A stretch of DNA of 64,000 bases from Nannocystales bacterium (GCA_050633305.1 JBOEGF010000001.1:1-64000); one strand, 5' to 3'; counted from the first letter of the stretch, positions 1 through 9,999 are shown. Notes: generated by a model not told the origin, from the sequence alone. Translations and numbers: made by a program.

Positions 1-695
1 CTGTCCATCCACTGCTGCATCGTGGCCGCCGCGGTGCTGTTCCCAGCCGCGATGTTCTCCCCGGCGGTGCTGTACTGGTATCCCGCTTCGACCATCCGCT
101 GAAAGGGAGACTCTCCCGAGGGATTGGTGTGGTCGAAGAAGTTGCGGTCGACCATGTCTTGGCTGTGAACCCGGGCGGCGCACCGCAGGGCCGGGTTCGC
201 GGTCACGGGACCGGCCGGACCAAACGAACCCGCGCTGCCGCAGTTGGCTCCCTCGGCCCGGCGCTGGTTGACGATCGCGAGAATCTCGTTCTCGAGTTCG
301 GTCCAAGCAGGGGTCCAGTCGGCAACACCGTTGCAGTAGGCGTTGTCCGGAACTTCGTCGCTCGGGGGTGGGGGGTCCTCGCCTGTGTCGTCGCCCGTGT
401 CGTCGCCCGCTGAATCGTCACCGCTGGGGTCGTCCGGCGGGTCCGCGGAATCGTCACCGCTGGGCCCGGTGTCGGAGTCTCCCCCCGAGGAGGTTCCAGG
501 TTCCGGTTCGCCTGCGCTGTCACTGTCCCCGCCTTCGTCGACGTTCCCGTCATCGTCGCCCGGCTCATCGTCGACCGCCTCCTCATCCCCGTCCCACGGG
601 GTGCCTTCGATCTCCGGCGGTCCCTCGTAACAGCCTGGAAGCGCAAGCATCAGAGCGAGCACAGTCGAGGCGGAGGTCCAGCGCAGCGATGCCAT
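1..695 (-). CDS. CAP/SCP-domain lipoprotein, 3' end runs off the left edge
   Basis: Not in the ORF track; translated by hand from ATG at 695: MASLRWTSASTVLALMLALPGC (lipobox), acidic linker, then ALRCAARVHSQDM..FFDHTNPSGESPFQRM..AGENIAAG..TMQQWMDS, a CAP signature. Confidence 0.85.
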   Translation of the reverse strand, partial: MASLRWTSASTVLALMLALPGCYEGPPEIEGTPWDGDEEAVDDEPGDDDGNVDEGGDSDSAGEPEPGTSSGGDSDTGPSGDDSADPPDDPSGDDSAGDDTGDDTGEDPPPPSDEVPDNAYCNGVADWTPAWTELENEILAIVNQRRAEGANCGSAGSFGPAGPVTANPALRCAARVHSQDMVDRNFFDHTNPSGESPFQRMVEAGYQYSTAGENIAAGNSTAAATMQQWMD

Positions 696-836
696 GCTGG
701 CAGTATGCGGGCTTCGCTCCTTCGCGGGAAGGTCAATCGAGGTCGTCGCACGAGCGACTGTCGTGGGCGTGAGCGCGATGACGGGGGATGCAGTCCTTCG
801 TCACTTCGTGCCCATCTCGGGGCCGCGGAGGCCAGA

Positions 837-1430
837 TTACGGACGCGGCTTCGCGAGCACAATCGCCCATCGCAGACCGGTGAGCGGGTCGTCAGGGTCG
901 AAGGGGAGGGCGGCGCCGACACCCACCTCGGTGTACGAGGATGCCGACAGCGCCGCGCAACTGCCCTCGCGAGGAATCCAAACGGTGTCGAGGATGTCCT
1001 CGGGAGTCATGTCCGTCGAGACGATGACTTCGTCGGCGGTCGCGAACGGGTACTGCGCCGCAGTCAGACGGCCCCAAGGCGTGGTGTCGTCCGAACCTTG
1101 GTGGTCGACGAAGCCTTGTTCTGCCATGTCGAGGGCGTGCAGTCGTGCAGCACAACGCAGTGCTCCGTTCATCCTCAGCGTTGGTGCTGGGGGAAAAGAA
1201 CCGCGAGGGCCGCAGTGCTGCCCCTGTGCGCGACGGGCATCGAGGGCCTCGAGCATCTGTTGTTCGAGCTCGATGAGCTGGGGATTCCACGCTCGGATCG
1301 GGTCGCACAGTTCAAGCTCGGGCAGCGCCGCGCGAGTCGAGTCCGACGCCGTGTTGGGCTGCGGATCATCGCAGGAGACCAGGGCGAGGGTGAGGGCCGG
1401 CGCCAAGGCGAATGGGGTCCGGGCTGTCAT
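837..1430 (-). CDS. CAP/SCP-domain lipoprotein, paralog of 1-695
   Basis: Start moved to MTARTPFALAPALTLALVSC (lipobox); ALRCAARLHALDM..FVDH..PWGRL..YTEVGVG CAP-like motifs. Confidence 0.8.
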   Translation of the reverse strand: MTARTPFALAPALTLALVSCDDPQPNTASDSTRAALPELELCDPIRAWNPQLIELEQQMLEALDARRAQGQHCGPRGSFPPAPTLRMNGALRCAARLHALDMAEQGFVDHQGSDDTTPWGRLTAAQYPFATADEVIVSTDMTPEDILDTVWIPREGSCAALSASSYTEVGVGAALPFDPDDPLTGLRWAIVLAKPRP

Positions 1431-1533
1431 GAGCGACGCCGAGTCGTCGGAGTTGCGAACGCAGCGATGCTCATCACACCCGCGCGCCCGAGCTTCCGCC
1501 ACGACATGCCTTACGCTACCACGTGCGGCCGGC

Positions 1534-2367
1534 TCAGCAGGCTGCGTTCGCTGCACCTGGAGAGCCCAGGTCGCCATCTCCGTAGGGGACTGTCGCCTCA
1601 CACCACTGCCCTGGGTCGTCGTTGCTCGGGCCCGCGCCTGGGGTGAGCTGGGCCGAAGCCCCGGCGCCAAAGGGCCAGCTGTTGCTGTAGATGAGCTCGT
1701 CGATCACGGCCCCGCCGCATCGAAGTCCGATCTCGTCGTCCCCGTTGGCGAGACTGATTTCGTTGCCGTAGGCGTAGTCCAACGTCACTCCACCGTTCGC
1801 TGCTTCCGCGCGACCGAGGACCGCGAACCCACCGGGTTCGATCTGGACGCTCCCCGCGATGGTGTGGCTGTCGCTGCCCTGATCGTAGAGTTCGCAGCCG
1901 TCGAGTTCGAGGGTGACCGCCGAGGTGTTGTGGAACTCGAGCCACTCGCCTTGCTCGTCGCTCACGATGTCGGGGTTGGGCTGGAGTTCGTTGAAGACGA
2001 CCTCGCCGGGCATCGGGGCCGCCGCTCCGGTGCACACGCCTGCGACACAGATCTCCGGGGCGGTGCAGGGGTCGGGGACGCAGGGGTCGGCCCCGGTGCT
2101 CTCGGCCGCGGTGGGGTCGGTCGTGGGGGCGCCGGTGCTCGAGACAGCGTCTGTCGTCACGCCCTCGGATGATTCGGCCGAGCTGGTCGTCCCAGGCGAA
2201 CCCGATGAGCTTCCGGTCGTGGTCTCGCCTCCTGTCTCAGGAGGAAAGGTGCCGGTTCCGCCAGCCGAGACTGCGGTGAACGGAGAGTCGACGTCGGTGT
2301 CGCATCCGAAAGGGCCCATCGCGCCGAGCAGTCCGACGAGCATCACCACGCAGGTTCGCCTCCGCAT
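1534..2367 (-). CDS. Lamin-tail-domain (LTD) lipoprotein
   Basis: Start moved to MRRRTCVVMLVGLLGAMGPFGC; Thr/Ser linker; VVFNELQPNP..GEWLEFHN..LANGDDEI..GSPGAAN typical of LTD. Confidence 0.8.
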   Translation of the reverse strand: MRRRTCVVMLVGLLGAMGPFGCDTDVDSPFTAVSAGGTGTFPPETGGETTTGSSSGSPGTTSSAESSEGVTTDAVSSTGAPTTDPTAAESTGADPCVPDPCTAPEICVAGVCTGAAAPMPGEVVFNELQPNPDIVSDEQGEWLEFHNTSAVTLELDGCELYDQGSDSHTIAGSVQIEPGGFAVLGRAEAANGGVTLDYAYGNEISLANGDDEIGLRCGGAVIDELIYSNSWPFGAGASAQLTPGAGPSNDDPGQWCEATVPYGDGDLGSPGAANAAC

Positions 2368-2549
2368 GCAGGTCAAGCCGACCACAGGGAGCAGCTCGAT
2401 GCAAACGTGGCAACGCCGCACAGAACGAGCGATGCGCGCGCTCGTGGCCCCGGTGCGCAGAGGCGCTCTGACACCGGATCTCGAGCGGCCGAGGCGTGGA
2501 GGGCGACAGCAGCGCCGGCAGCCAACGCGCTCGCGGTACCATCGCAGGG

Positions 2550-3041
2550 ATGCGACTGAAGCCATGTTCCTCCTGCGAGCGACTCCTTCGTGCCGGCGAT
2601 GCGTGTCCCTTCTGCGGAGAGACTGGCGTCCCGGCGACGTTCGCACCCACCGCCGCGGCGATGCTCCTGAGCCTTCCGCTGCTTGTGGCCTCCGGGTGCA
2701 CGCGTCCCGCGGAGAGCATCTATGGCGGCCCGGAGATGCTGGAGCCTGAGCCTGCGCCTTCGGCCACCGACTCCACGACGCCCGAGCCGGAGAAGCCCGT
2801 CGAGGCGGACCCTCCAGAGCCCAGCGAGCCTCAAGGCGAGATTTACGGCTCCCCGCAGACGATGGATTCCAACGCCGATGAGCCGAAGCTCGCGCCCGGC
2901 CCGGAGTCCGGGGGAAATCCATCCGACCCGGACGACTCCGACGAGGCCGACCCCAAGGAGGGCTCTCGGCCTGATGAACCCATCTACGGCGGCCCCGAAA
3001 TGATGGATCCGCAGCCCGGCCCGATTCCGAAGAAAGAGTAG
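2550..3041 (+). CDS. Small protein with N-terminal Zn-ribbon, hydrophobic segment/lipobox-like Cys and three IYGxP repeats
   Basis: MRLKPCSSC..CPFC, LLSLPLLVASGC, then IYGGP, IYGSP, IYGGP within an acidic Pro-rich tail. Confidence 0.7.
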   Translation: MRLKPCSSCERLLRAGDACPFCGETGVPATFAPTAAAMLLSLPLLVASGCTRPAESIYGGPEMLEPEPAPSATDSTTPEPEKPVEADPPEPSEPQGEIYGSPQTMDSNADEPKLAPGPESGGNPSDPDDSDEADPKEGSRPDEPIYGGPEMMDPQPGPIPKKE

Positions 3042-3059
3042 GGGCCCCACCAGCTTCGC

Positions 3060-4265
3060 TCAGATCGCGTTCGCGGCCCTCAGCGCGGCGAGCTTCTCAG
3101 GCGGGTACCCCAGCCGGTCCTCGTACACTTCGGCGTTGTGTTGGCCCAGCTCGGGTCCGAGCCAACGGCTTCCCGCCGGGGTCCTCGACAACTTCGGAAC
3201 GACGGCGGGGACTTTGAGCATGTCCCCCGAAGGCAGGGGGAACTCGGGCATCATCTCGCGCGCTTGCACGTGGGGGTCGGCGGCGATGTCGGCGATCGTG
3301 TTGATCGGTCCGCTCGGGACTTCGGCGGCCCGCAGTCCTTCCAACGCGTCGGCGCAGCTGCGCGGGCGGGTCCACGCTTCGATGGCATCGTCGAGCTCTC
3401 CCGCACGGTCGCTGCGCCCGTCGTTGGTGGCGAGCTGGAGGTCCTGTGCCAGGTCGTCGCGGCCAATGAGTCGCATCAGGGCGCCGAACAACCGCTCGCT
3501 GTTGGCCCCGATCACGATGCGTCCGTCACTGCACGCATACGTGTTGCTTGGGACGATACCGGGGAGGGCACCACCGGTCGGTTGCCGGACCACGCCTTTG
3601 CGGTCGTACTCCGGGAGCAAGCTCTCCATCATGTTGAACATCGACTCGTACAGCGCGACATCGATCACCTGGCCCTTGCCCGAACCCCCGACGTCACGTT
3701 CGTAGATCGCAGCGAGGGTCGCGTAGGCGGCATGCAGCCCGGCGTTGGTGTCTCCGAGGCTGACACCACCGCGGACCGGCGGGCGCCCGGGCTCGGCGGT
3801 GAGGTGACGAAATCCGGCGAACGCTTCGGCGATGTTCGCGAACCCCGGCCTCGCCGCGTAGGGTCCATCCTGCCCGTAGCCGGAGATTCGCACCATCACC
3901 ACCCGGGGATCGATGGCGTGCAGAGCCTCGGGCCCAAGTCCCCAAGCTTCCATGCGGCCAGGTCTGAAGTTCTCGATCACCACGTCGACACCCGAGCGGA
4001 TCAGGTCGCGCACAATCTCTTGGCCCGCCTCCTGTCGGAGGTCCGCGGTCACGCTGTACTTGTCGCGGGCCAAGGAGCGCCACCACAGCGAGGTGCCGTC
4101 GTCGTCGAGGACTCGCCAGCTGCGGATCGCGTCGCCCGTGCCCGGAGGCTCGACCTTGATGACGTTCGCGCCGAATCCGGCCAGCATGAATCCACAGAAC
4201 GGGCCCGCGAGAAGCTGCCCAAGCTCCAACACGGTGAGGCCTTCGAGAGGACGCGCGCTGCTCAT
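3060..4265 (-). CDS. CaiB/BaiF family (class III) CoA-transferase
   Basis: Start at MSSARPLEGLTVLELGQLLAGPF; GANVIKVE, DVVIENFRPG, ISGYGQDGPY, SLGD, GPELGQHN motifs. Confidence 0.92.
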   Translation of the reverse strand: MSSARPLEGLTVLELGQLLAGPFCGFMLAGFGANVIKVEPPGTGDAIRSWRVLDDDGTSLWWRSLARDKYSVTADLRQEAGQEIVRDLIRSGVDVVIENFRPGRMEAWGLGPEALHAIDPRVVMVRISGYGQDGPYAARPGFANIAEAFAGFRHLTAEPGRPPVRGGVSLGDTNAGLHAAYATLAAIYERDVGGSGKGQVIDVALYESMFNMMESLLPEYDRKGVVRQPTGGALPGIVPSNTYACSDGRIVIGANSERLFGALMRLIGRDDLAQDLQLATNDGRSDRAGELDDAIEAWTRPRSCADALEGLRAAEVPSGPINTIADIAADPHVQAREMMPEFPLPSGDMLKVPAVVPKLSRTPAGSRWLGPELGQHNAEVYEDRLGYPPEKLAALRAANAI

Positions 4266-4338
4266 CGCGTCGCAGGGTCTCAGACCCGACCCGTTCGTGC
4301 TCACCACCGGGTGTTCGACGTCGACGTGCAGACCGTGA

Positions 4339-4914
4339 GTGAAGCGGTACACTAGGGTGCGGAAGGATGAGAGTCTGGAGTTACTGACAGCGGCGCTGAC
4401 AGCGACGGCTGCCTCGTGGGCGGTCGTACGGGGGGCACAGAACGTGTTTCGCCGTCGCGCGGTCGGTGCCCGATTGGCCCAGCTCGAGGTCACGCTACCC
4501 CTTGAGGTCGATCACCTCCCGCCGCGCTTGCAGGGGCTGGTCCGCGGTGCCCGGGCCACCCGGCGGGTCCTCGAAACCCCGCTGTCTAGGCTGCTCAGCG
4601 CGGGGTCTTGGCGCTTCGCCGACTTCGACATGGCCGTGACCGAGGCCCGGCGCACGCTTTGGGACTGGATGTGCGGTCTGCAAGGACTTGGCGCGGCGGA
4701 CTACGCCCTGCTGCGCGAGCTTCGGCTCGACCCCAGACCGCTGCGTGGCCTGCTGTACGCCCCGGGGGTGTTCGAGCGCGGGGAGGACGTGTTTGCCACC
4801 GCCCTCCCGGCTCCCAACGTCGAACACGTCGTGGAGAGCTTGTGTTCCGCAATCGAACACCTTCGCCGCTTCGAGGTCGCGCTGCTGTCGTATCGGCCTG
4901 ACCCGTACCGGTAG
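4339..4914 (+). CDS. Hypothetical protein with N-terminal hydrophobic anchor (start uncertain)
   Basis: Protein-like ORF filling the gap between recognisable genes; LLTAALTATAASWAVV hydrophobic stretch. Confidence 0.55.
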   Translation: MKRYTRVRKDESLELLTAALTATAASWAVVRGAQNVFRRRAVGARLAQLEVTLPLEVDHLPPRLQGLVRGARATRRVLETPLSRLLSAGSWRFADFDMAVTEARRTLWDWMCGLQGLGAADYALLRELRLDPRPLRGLLYAPGVFERGEDVFATALPAPNVEHVVESLCSAIEHLRRFEVALLSYRPDPYR

Positions 4915-4996
4915 CCCCGGTCTGGAGTCTGCTTGGAGCCGGCCCGGTACCGGCCCCGTATCGGTCGCCCCCGGGCTCGGCTACATTGCCGCGGCC

Positions 4997-6055
4997 ATGC
5001 AGGTGGTCGTCATTCCCAAGAGCGGTGGTTACGAGCAGCTGATGCTTCACGAGCGTCCCTCGCCCGCGCTCGCTTCGGGGCAGGTCCGGATCGACGTGGA
5101 GGCGATCGGGGTCAACTACGCGGACTGCATCGTCCGGATGGGCTTGTACAAATCGGCGAAGGAATTCGTCGGGTGGCCGGTCACACCGGGGTTCGAGGTC
5201 GCCGGGGTGGTGCGCGAAGTCGCCCCGGACATCGAGGACGTGGAAGTCGGGGACGAGGTCATGGCCGTGACGCGCTTCGGCGGATACACCTCGGAGCTCT
5301 GCGTCCCGCGAGGCCAGGTGTTTCCTCGTCCCAAGGGATTCGATGGTGCAGAGTCGGCGGCGTTCAGCGCAGTCCACCTGACCGCGGACTACGCGATGGC
5401 CGAGTTGGCCTCGGTCCGACCCGGGAACCCGATCTTGGTGCACTCGGCCGCTGGTGGCGTCGGAGGAGTGCTCGTGCAGCTCGGTCGTCACCGGGGCTGC
5501 CATGTCGTGGGGGTGGTCGGGGCGTCACACAAGGTCGACCTCGTGCGCGAGCTTGGGGCGGACGCGGTCATCGACAAGTCGCGCGAAGACCTCTGGCCAG
5601 CCGCGCAGGCCCACGCTCCAACCGGCTACCTCGCGGTGTTCGATGCCAACGGCGTTGCGACCCTGCGCCAGAGCTACGAACACACCGCCCCAACCGGTCG
5701 CGTCGTGGTCTACGGCTTCGCGACGATGCTCCCCCGGGCAGGCCAGCGCATGAACTACTTGAAACTGGCCTGGGACTGGTTGAGGACCCCGCGGTTCAAC
5801 CCGCTGGACCTCACAACCCGCAACCGTAGCGTGATGGGCTTCAACCTCAGCTACATGTTCGAGCAGACCCACATCCTGGAGCAGTCCATGGCGCGTCTGC
5901 TCGAGCTGGCCGATGCCGGGGTGCTGCGCCCGCCCCCGGTGGCCCGATACCCCCTGAGCAGGGTCGCACAGGCACATCGGGACCTTGAGTCGGGACAAAC
6001 GGTCGGCAAGCTGGTGCTCATCCCCGATGCGCGCTACGAAGCGGGTTCCGCATGA
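4997..6055 (+). CDS. Medium-chain dehydrogenase/reductase, quinone oxidoreductase/VAT-1-like
   Basis: Start at MQVVVIP; GVNYAD, PGFEVAGVV, LVHSAAGGVG, GQTVGKLVL. Confidence 0.9.
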   Translation: MQVVVIPKSGGYEQLMLHERPSPALASGQVRIDVEAIGVNYADCIVRMGLYKSAKEFVGWPVTPGFEVAGVVREVAPDIEDVEVGDEVMAVTRFGGYTSELCVPRGQVFPRPKGFDGAESAAFSAVHLTADYAMAELASVRPGNPILVHSAAGGVGGVLVQLGRHRGCHVVGVVGASHKVDLVRELGADAVIDKSREDLWPAAQAHAPTGYLAVFDANGVATLRQSYEHTAPTGRVVVYGFATMLPRAGQRMNYLKLAWDWLRTPRFNPLDLTTRNRSVMGFNLSYMFEQTHILEQSMARLLELADAGVLRPPPVARYPLSRVAQAHRDLESGQTVGKLVLIPDARYEAGSA

Positions 6056-7062
6056 GTGACGATCGCATCGAGCCCCAGTCCTTCGAGATCGACGACGAAG
6101 GCGACGGCAAGACGCTGGCCGCGGTCGTCCGGGGTCAAATGCCTGGCCGCAGCTGGAACCAGGTCCGAGGAATCATCAGCCGCGGCCATGTCCGCACCGA
6201 TGGTGTCGTCACGACCGACCACGCAGCGCGGGTGACGTGCGGGCAGAACATCGACGTCACGGTCCGGACCGAGAAGGCCAAGACACACGTCATCGAGCTG
6301 CTGCATGTCGACCGTGATGTGGTGGTGGTGGACAAGCCTGCAGGGCTGATCTCCGTACCGTACGCGGGCGAGCGCGACACCCTGCTGCATCTCGCGACCA
6401 CGGCGTTGCGCCGACGCACGCGCAAGCCCACACCGATGTTACGGGTCGTCCAGCGACTCGATATCGACACCACGGGCGTTCTCGTATTCGCGCGCACCAA
6501 GAGTGCCGAGCGACATCTTCAGCAGCAGTTTCGGGTGCACTCCGTCGACCGTCGTTACCGCGCCCTTGTGCTGGGCCGAGCCGAAGACGCGACGATCTCG
6601 ACGTCGATCGTTCGCAACCGCGGCGACGGGCTGCGAGGACGCGCGCGTCGTGGGTCTCCGACCGGACAGGCGGCAAAGGAAGCCACCACGCATGTGCAAG
6701 TGCTCGATGTGCTCGATGTGCCGTCCGAACTCGTCGTGGGCGGCGGCTCGCTGCAGGTCAGCTACGTCGAGTGTCGCCTCGAAACAGGCCGCCAACATCA
6801 AATCCGGATCCACCTTTCGGAGTCCGGTCATCCGCTCGTCGGGGAGAAGGTCTACATCCGCGACTACCAGGGGCCGATGGTTCGAGGCTTCAGTGACGGG
6901 CAGGGTCGGCCCCTGCTGCACGCCCAGCGTTTGGGGTTCGAGCATCCGTCGAATGCGGGGACCCAGGCCTATGTACGCCCCCTTACAAGCGACTTCGTCG
7001 AGCTGCTCGATCAGCTCGATCGGGCGGCGCCCCAGGCCGATCTCCCGCCCGAGGTGGAGTAG
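6052..7062 (+). CDS. RluA/RluD family pseudouridine synthase with S4-like N-terminus
   Basis: VVDKPAGL, QRLDIDTTG (catalytic Asp), LETGRQHQIRIHL, GHPLVGE, LLHA..LGFEHP; ATGA overlap with the upstream gene. Confidence 0.92.
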   Translation: MSDDRIEPQSFEIDDEGDGKTLAAVVRGQMPGRSWNQVRGIISRGHVRTDGVVTTDHAARVTCGQNIDVTVRTEKAKTHVIELLHVDRDVVVVDKPAGLISVPYAGERDTLLHLATTALRRRTRKPTPMLRVVQRLDIDTTGVLVFARTKSAERHLQQQFRVHSVDRRYRALVLGRAEDATISTSIVRNRGDGLRGRARRGSPTGQAAKEATTHVQVLDVLDVPSELVVGGGSLQVSYVECRLETGRQHQIRIHLSESGHPLVGEKVYIRDYQGPMVRGFSDGQGRPLLHAQRLGFEHPSNAGTQAYVRPLTSDFVELLDQLDRAAPQADLPPEVE

Positions 7063-7164
7063 CGGGTGGCGCGCAGCCTCGGGCCGCGCAGTCCCCGGGG
7101 GACAGGGTGGCCCGGCCCGCGGGCCTGCGTTCCGAGAGAGCGGCCAGTCGATCGCCGTTTCCAA

Positions 7165-7215
7165 ACAAGTTGACCAACGTTCTGAACGTATGGTACCGCT
7201 GTTTTTGCGTTCAGT
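7165..7215 (+). promoter_or_regulatory. Putative promoter/operator region upstream of the helicase operon
   Basis: AT-rich patch with TTGACC (7170-7175), CTGAAC (7182-7187) and its reverse complement GTTCAG (7209-7214). Confidence 0.35.
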
Positions 7216-9999
7216 GTGAGCGCACCTTGGCGTTCAATGCTACGACCAAGACCAAGCTCCTCCCGCGCTTCGGCACTCCTTCAATCTGCAGGCGACGGTA
7301 CATCTCCTGCTACGTCTGGCGCGGGGGGAGTGTTGCCTTCGGGCAACCCGCCCGATTCTGGTGACGCTTCTGTCGGGGGCCCTCGTGGTGACGCTGGTGC
7401 AGCGTTCGGCGACGGGCCCAAATCTGTTGGTGGTTCTGGCGGTGGGTCTGGCGGTGAATCCAAGAGTGGATCCAACGCTGACGACAGCACCATCGAACGT
7501 GTCCTGGAGAAGCTGCAGAGGCTTCCAGAGGTCGATGTTGTCGCGATTCATCGCGAATCGGCCCGAGCCGGTGCGTTCGGAACGTGGCCGCAGCAACTCG
7601 ATCCAAGGCTGATCGCAGCACTGAAGTCGCACGGCCTCGAGCGTCCGTACACGCACCAGTCTCGTGCTATCGAGGCGGCGCTTGCGGGTCGAGACGTCGT
7701 GCTCAGCACGTCGACCGCCTCGGGCAAGTCTCTCGCGTACCAGGTCCCGATCCTTCAGTCGGTGTTGTCCGACCCCAAGGCGAGGGCTCTGATGATGTTC
7801 CCCACCAAGGCGCTGGGTCGAGACCAGGTCGAGGCTCTCCGCACGATGGCCTCGGGCATCGATGGCGCGCCGGTGGGCGTTGCGGTCTACGACGGAGACA
7901 CGCCGCCGGACGAGCGCCGGGCTGCGCGTCGCAAGGCGCACGTCATCGCGACAAACCCCGACATGCTGCACCGCGGCATGCTTCCACATCACGAGGGGTG
8001 GGCCAGCGTGCTTGCGGGGTTGCGGACCATCGTCCTGGACGAGCTGCACACCTACCGCGGCGTGTTCGGTGCGCACGTCGCCAACGTGTTGCGACGGCTA
8101 TTGCGACTGTGCGCCCACTACGGGTCCTCGCCCACGTTTGTCGCCAGCTCCGCCACGATCGCCAACCCCGATGAGCTGTTCATGCGGTTGACCGGTCGCC
8201 CTGCGTCGCAGCCCCCCGAGTTGCTCGATGCCTCGGGCGCCCCGTCGGGCACGCGCACGATCATCGTGCTCAACCCCAAGGTCGTCGATCCCCTCACCGG
8301 AGTGCGACGTGACGCGGTCAAAGTGACCCGCGCAGTCTCGACGGTGTTGCGCGAGGCGTCAGTACCCACGCTGGTGTTTTGTCGGACGCGGAAGGCGGTC
8401 GAGCTGCTCACGCGCTACATGCAAGACGACGCTCGGGCGGATCGTCGGGCCGGCAAGGCGGGCAAAGGGTCGTCTCCCGATGCGATTCGGGGGTATCGAG
8501 GGGGCTACTTGCCGGATCGCAGACGTGAGGTCGAGTCCGCACTCCGTACGGGGGAGGCCACGCTCGTGGCGGCCACTAACGCGCTCGAACTCGGAATCGA
8601 CATCGGCGGCATCGATGCCGTGGTGCTCTCTGGGTATCCCGGCACTCGTGCTGCCACCGTGCAGCGTTTGGGGCGAGCGGGTCGCCGTCAGAGTCCGGCG
8701 CTGGGCGTGGTCTGCCTCAACTCGTCGCCGCTCGACCAGTTCGTGGCTGCGGATGCCTCGTTTCTGTGGGGCAAACCGCCCGAGCATGCGCGGGTCGACC
8801 CTGACAACCCCGACGTACTGCTTCCGCATCTACGGTGTGCCGCACACGAACAAGCCTTCGTCGGAAGCGACCTGGCCAACGCTTGGTCCGGCCTCCCCGG
8901 CGAGGACCTTCGCGACGGTCTCGAGTACCTGGTCGAACACGGTGCTCTGGTGCGTGCCGGACAGGAAGACACCGCGGTTTACACGGCGCAAGGGGGCGAG
9001 GACCCGAGCGCGTCCGTCGAGATCCGCGGTCCGATCGAGGAGAACTTCACGGTCATCGACCAGCCCACCGGCGATGTCTTGGCCGAGGTCGACTTCGAAG
9101 ACGCTCCGCTCTACCTCCACCCCGGCGCGATCTACACCGTCGAAGGCCGAACCCACGAGGTCGTCGACCTCCAGTGGGAGCCCCGCAAGGCCTACGTCCG
9201 CCACGTCGAGGCCGACTACTACACCGAGGCCATTTCCAACATGAACGTCCGGGTCATCGATCCCGAGGTTCCGGAGGTTCCAGCACCCGGTGCGGCTGGT
9301 TCTGCCGCGGGCACGGCGGTGGTCCCGGCTCCGCGGGCAGGGCAGGGCTTGGCCCACTTGATGCGGCAGGTCCCCGGATTCAAGAAGATCCGCTTCGGCA
9401 CCCACGAAAACATCGGCTTCGGCCCCATTGCGCTGCCCGACCTCGAGCTGCACACGGTCGCAGCCTACTGGGCTGTTCCCGACCCTCCGGTTGTGGAGGG
9501 CCCGCACGGTGATGACACCCCCGGGGCTCACGACCCGGTTCAACGAGCGGCGACAGCTCTAGCGGTCGCGCACGCGTTGCGGCACGTTGCAGCGATGGTG
9601 CTGATGTGTGACACCGGGGACCTTGGCCATGTGCTCACAGCTGGACATCCTGGAAGTTGGGGGCCGGTGATCAAGCTCAGCCGCAAGCCTTCACCCGACG
9701 CGGTCCTGCACGCTGCATCGCAGCCGTACATCGTGCTCTACGATCGCAACCCGGGCGGCGCAGGCTTGGCCAGTGCTGCGCATGATCTCGGGCTGTCGCT
9801 GTTGGAGCGAGCGCAATCGGTGGTGTCCTCGTGCGGGTGCGAACAGGGCTGCCCCACCTGCATGGGCGCAAGCTCGGACGAAGCGTGGGAGGTCTCGCGC
9901 GGGCAGGTCGTGTCGGTGTTCGAGGCGATGAGAGCTCGACTGACGGGTGCTGGTGCCGGTCTCGACTCCCGCCGGGTCGATGGAGCTTCGGCGTCATGA
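7216..9999 (+). CDS. DEAD/DEAH-box helicase with DUF1998 Zn domain (MrfA/YprA/Hrq1-like); start uncertain
   Basis: STASGKS, PTKAL, TNPDMLH, DELH, SAT, TNALELGIDIG, QRLGRAGR; C-terminal YD..PGGAG and CGCEQGCPTC. Confidence 0.92.
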   Translation: MSAPWRSMLRPRPSSSRASALLQSAGDGTSPATSGAGGVLPSGNPPDSGDASVGGPRGDAGAAFGDGPKSVGGSGGGSGGESKSGSNADDSTIERVLEKLQRLPEVDVVAIHRESARAGAFGTWPQQLDPRLIAALKSHGLERPYTHQSRAIEAALAGRDVVLSTSTASGKSLAYQVPILQSVLSDPKARALMMFPTKALGRDQVEALRTMASGIDGAPVGVAVYDGDTPPDERRAARRKAHVIATNPDMLHRGMLPHHEGWASVLAGLRTIVLDELHTYRGVFGAHVANVLRRLLRLCAHYGSSPTFVASSATIANPDELFMRLTGRPASQPPELLDASGAPSGTRTIIVLNPKVVDPLTGVRRDAVKVTRAVSTVLREASVPTLVFCRTRKAVELLTRYMQDDARADRRAGKAGKGSSPDAIRGYRGGYLPDRRREVESALRTGEATLVAATNALELGIDIGGIDAVVLSGYPGTRAATVQRLGRAGRRQSPALGVVCLNSSPLDQFVAADASFLWGKPPEHARVDPDNPDVLLPHLRCAAHEQAFVGSDLANAWSGLPGEDLRDGLEYLVEHGALVRAGQEDTAVYTAQGGEDPSASVEIRGPIEENFTVIDQPTGDVLAEVDFEDAPLYLHPGAIYTVEGRTHEVVDLQWEPRKAYVRHVEADYYTEAISNMNVRVIDPEVPEVPAPGAAGSAAGTAVVPAPRAGQGLAHLMRQVPGFKKIRFGTHENIGFGPIALPDLELHTVAAYWAVPDPPVVEGPHGDDTPGAHDPVQRAATALAVAHALRHVAAMVLMCDTGDLGHVLTAGHPGSWGPVIKLSRKPSPDAVLHAASQPYIVLYDRNPGGAGLASAAHDLGLSLLERAQSVVSSCGCEQGCPTCMGASSDEAWEVSRGQVVSVFEAMRARLTGAGAGLDSRRVDGASAS

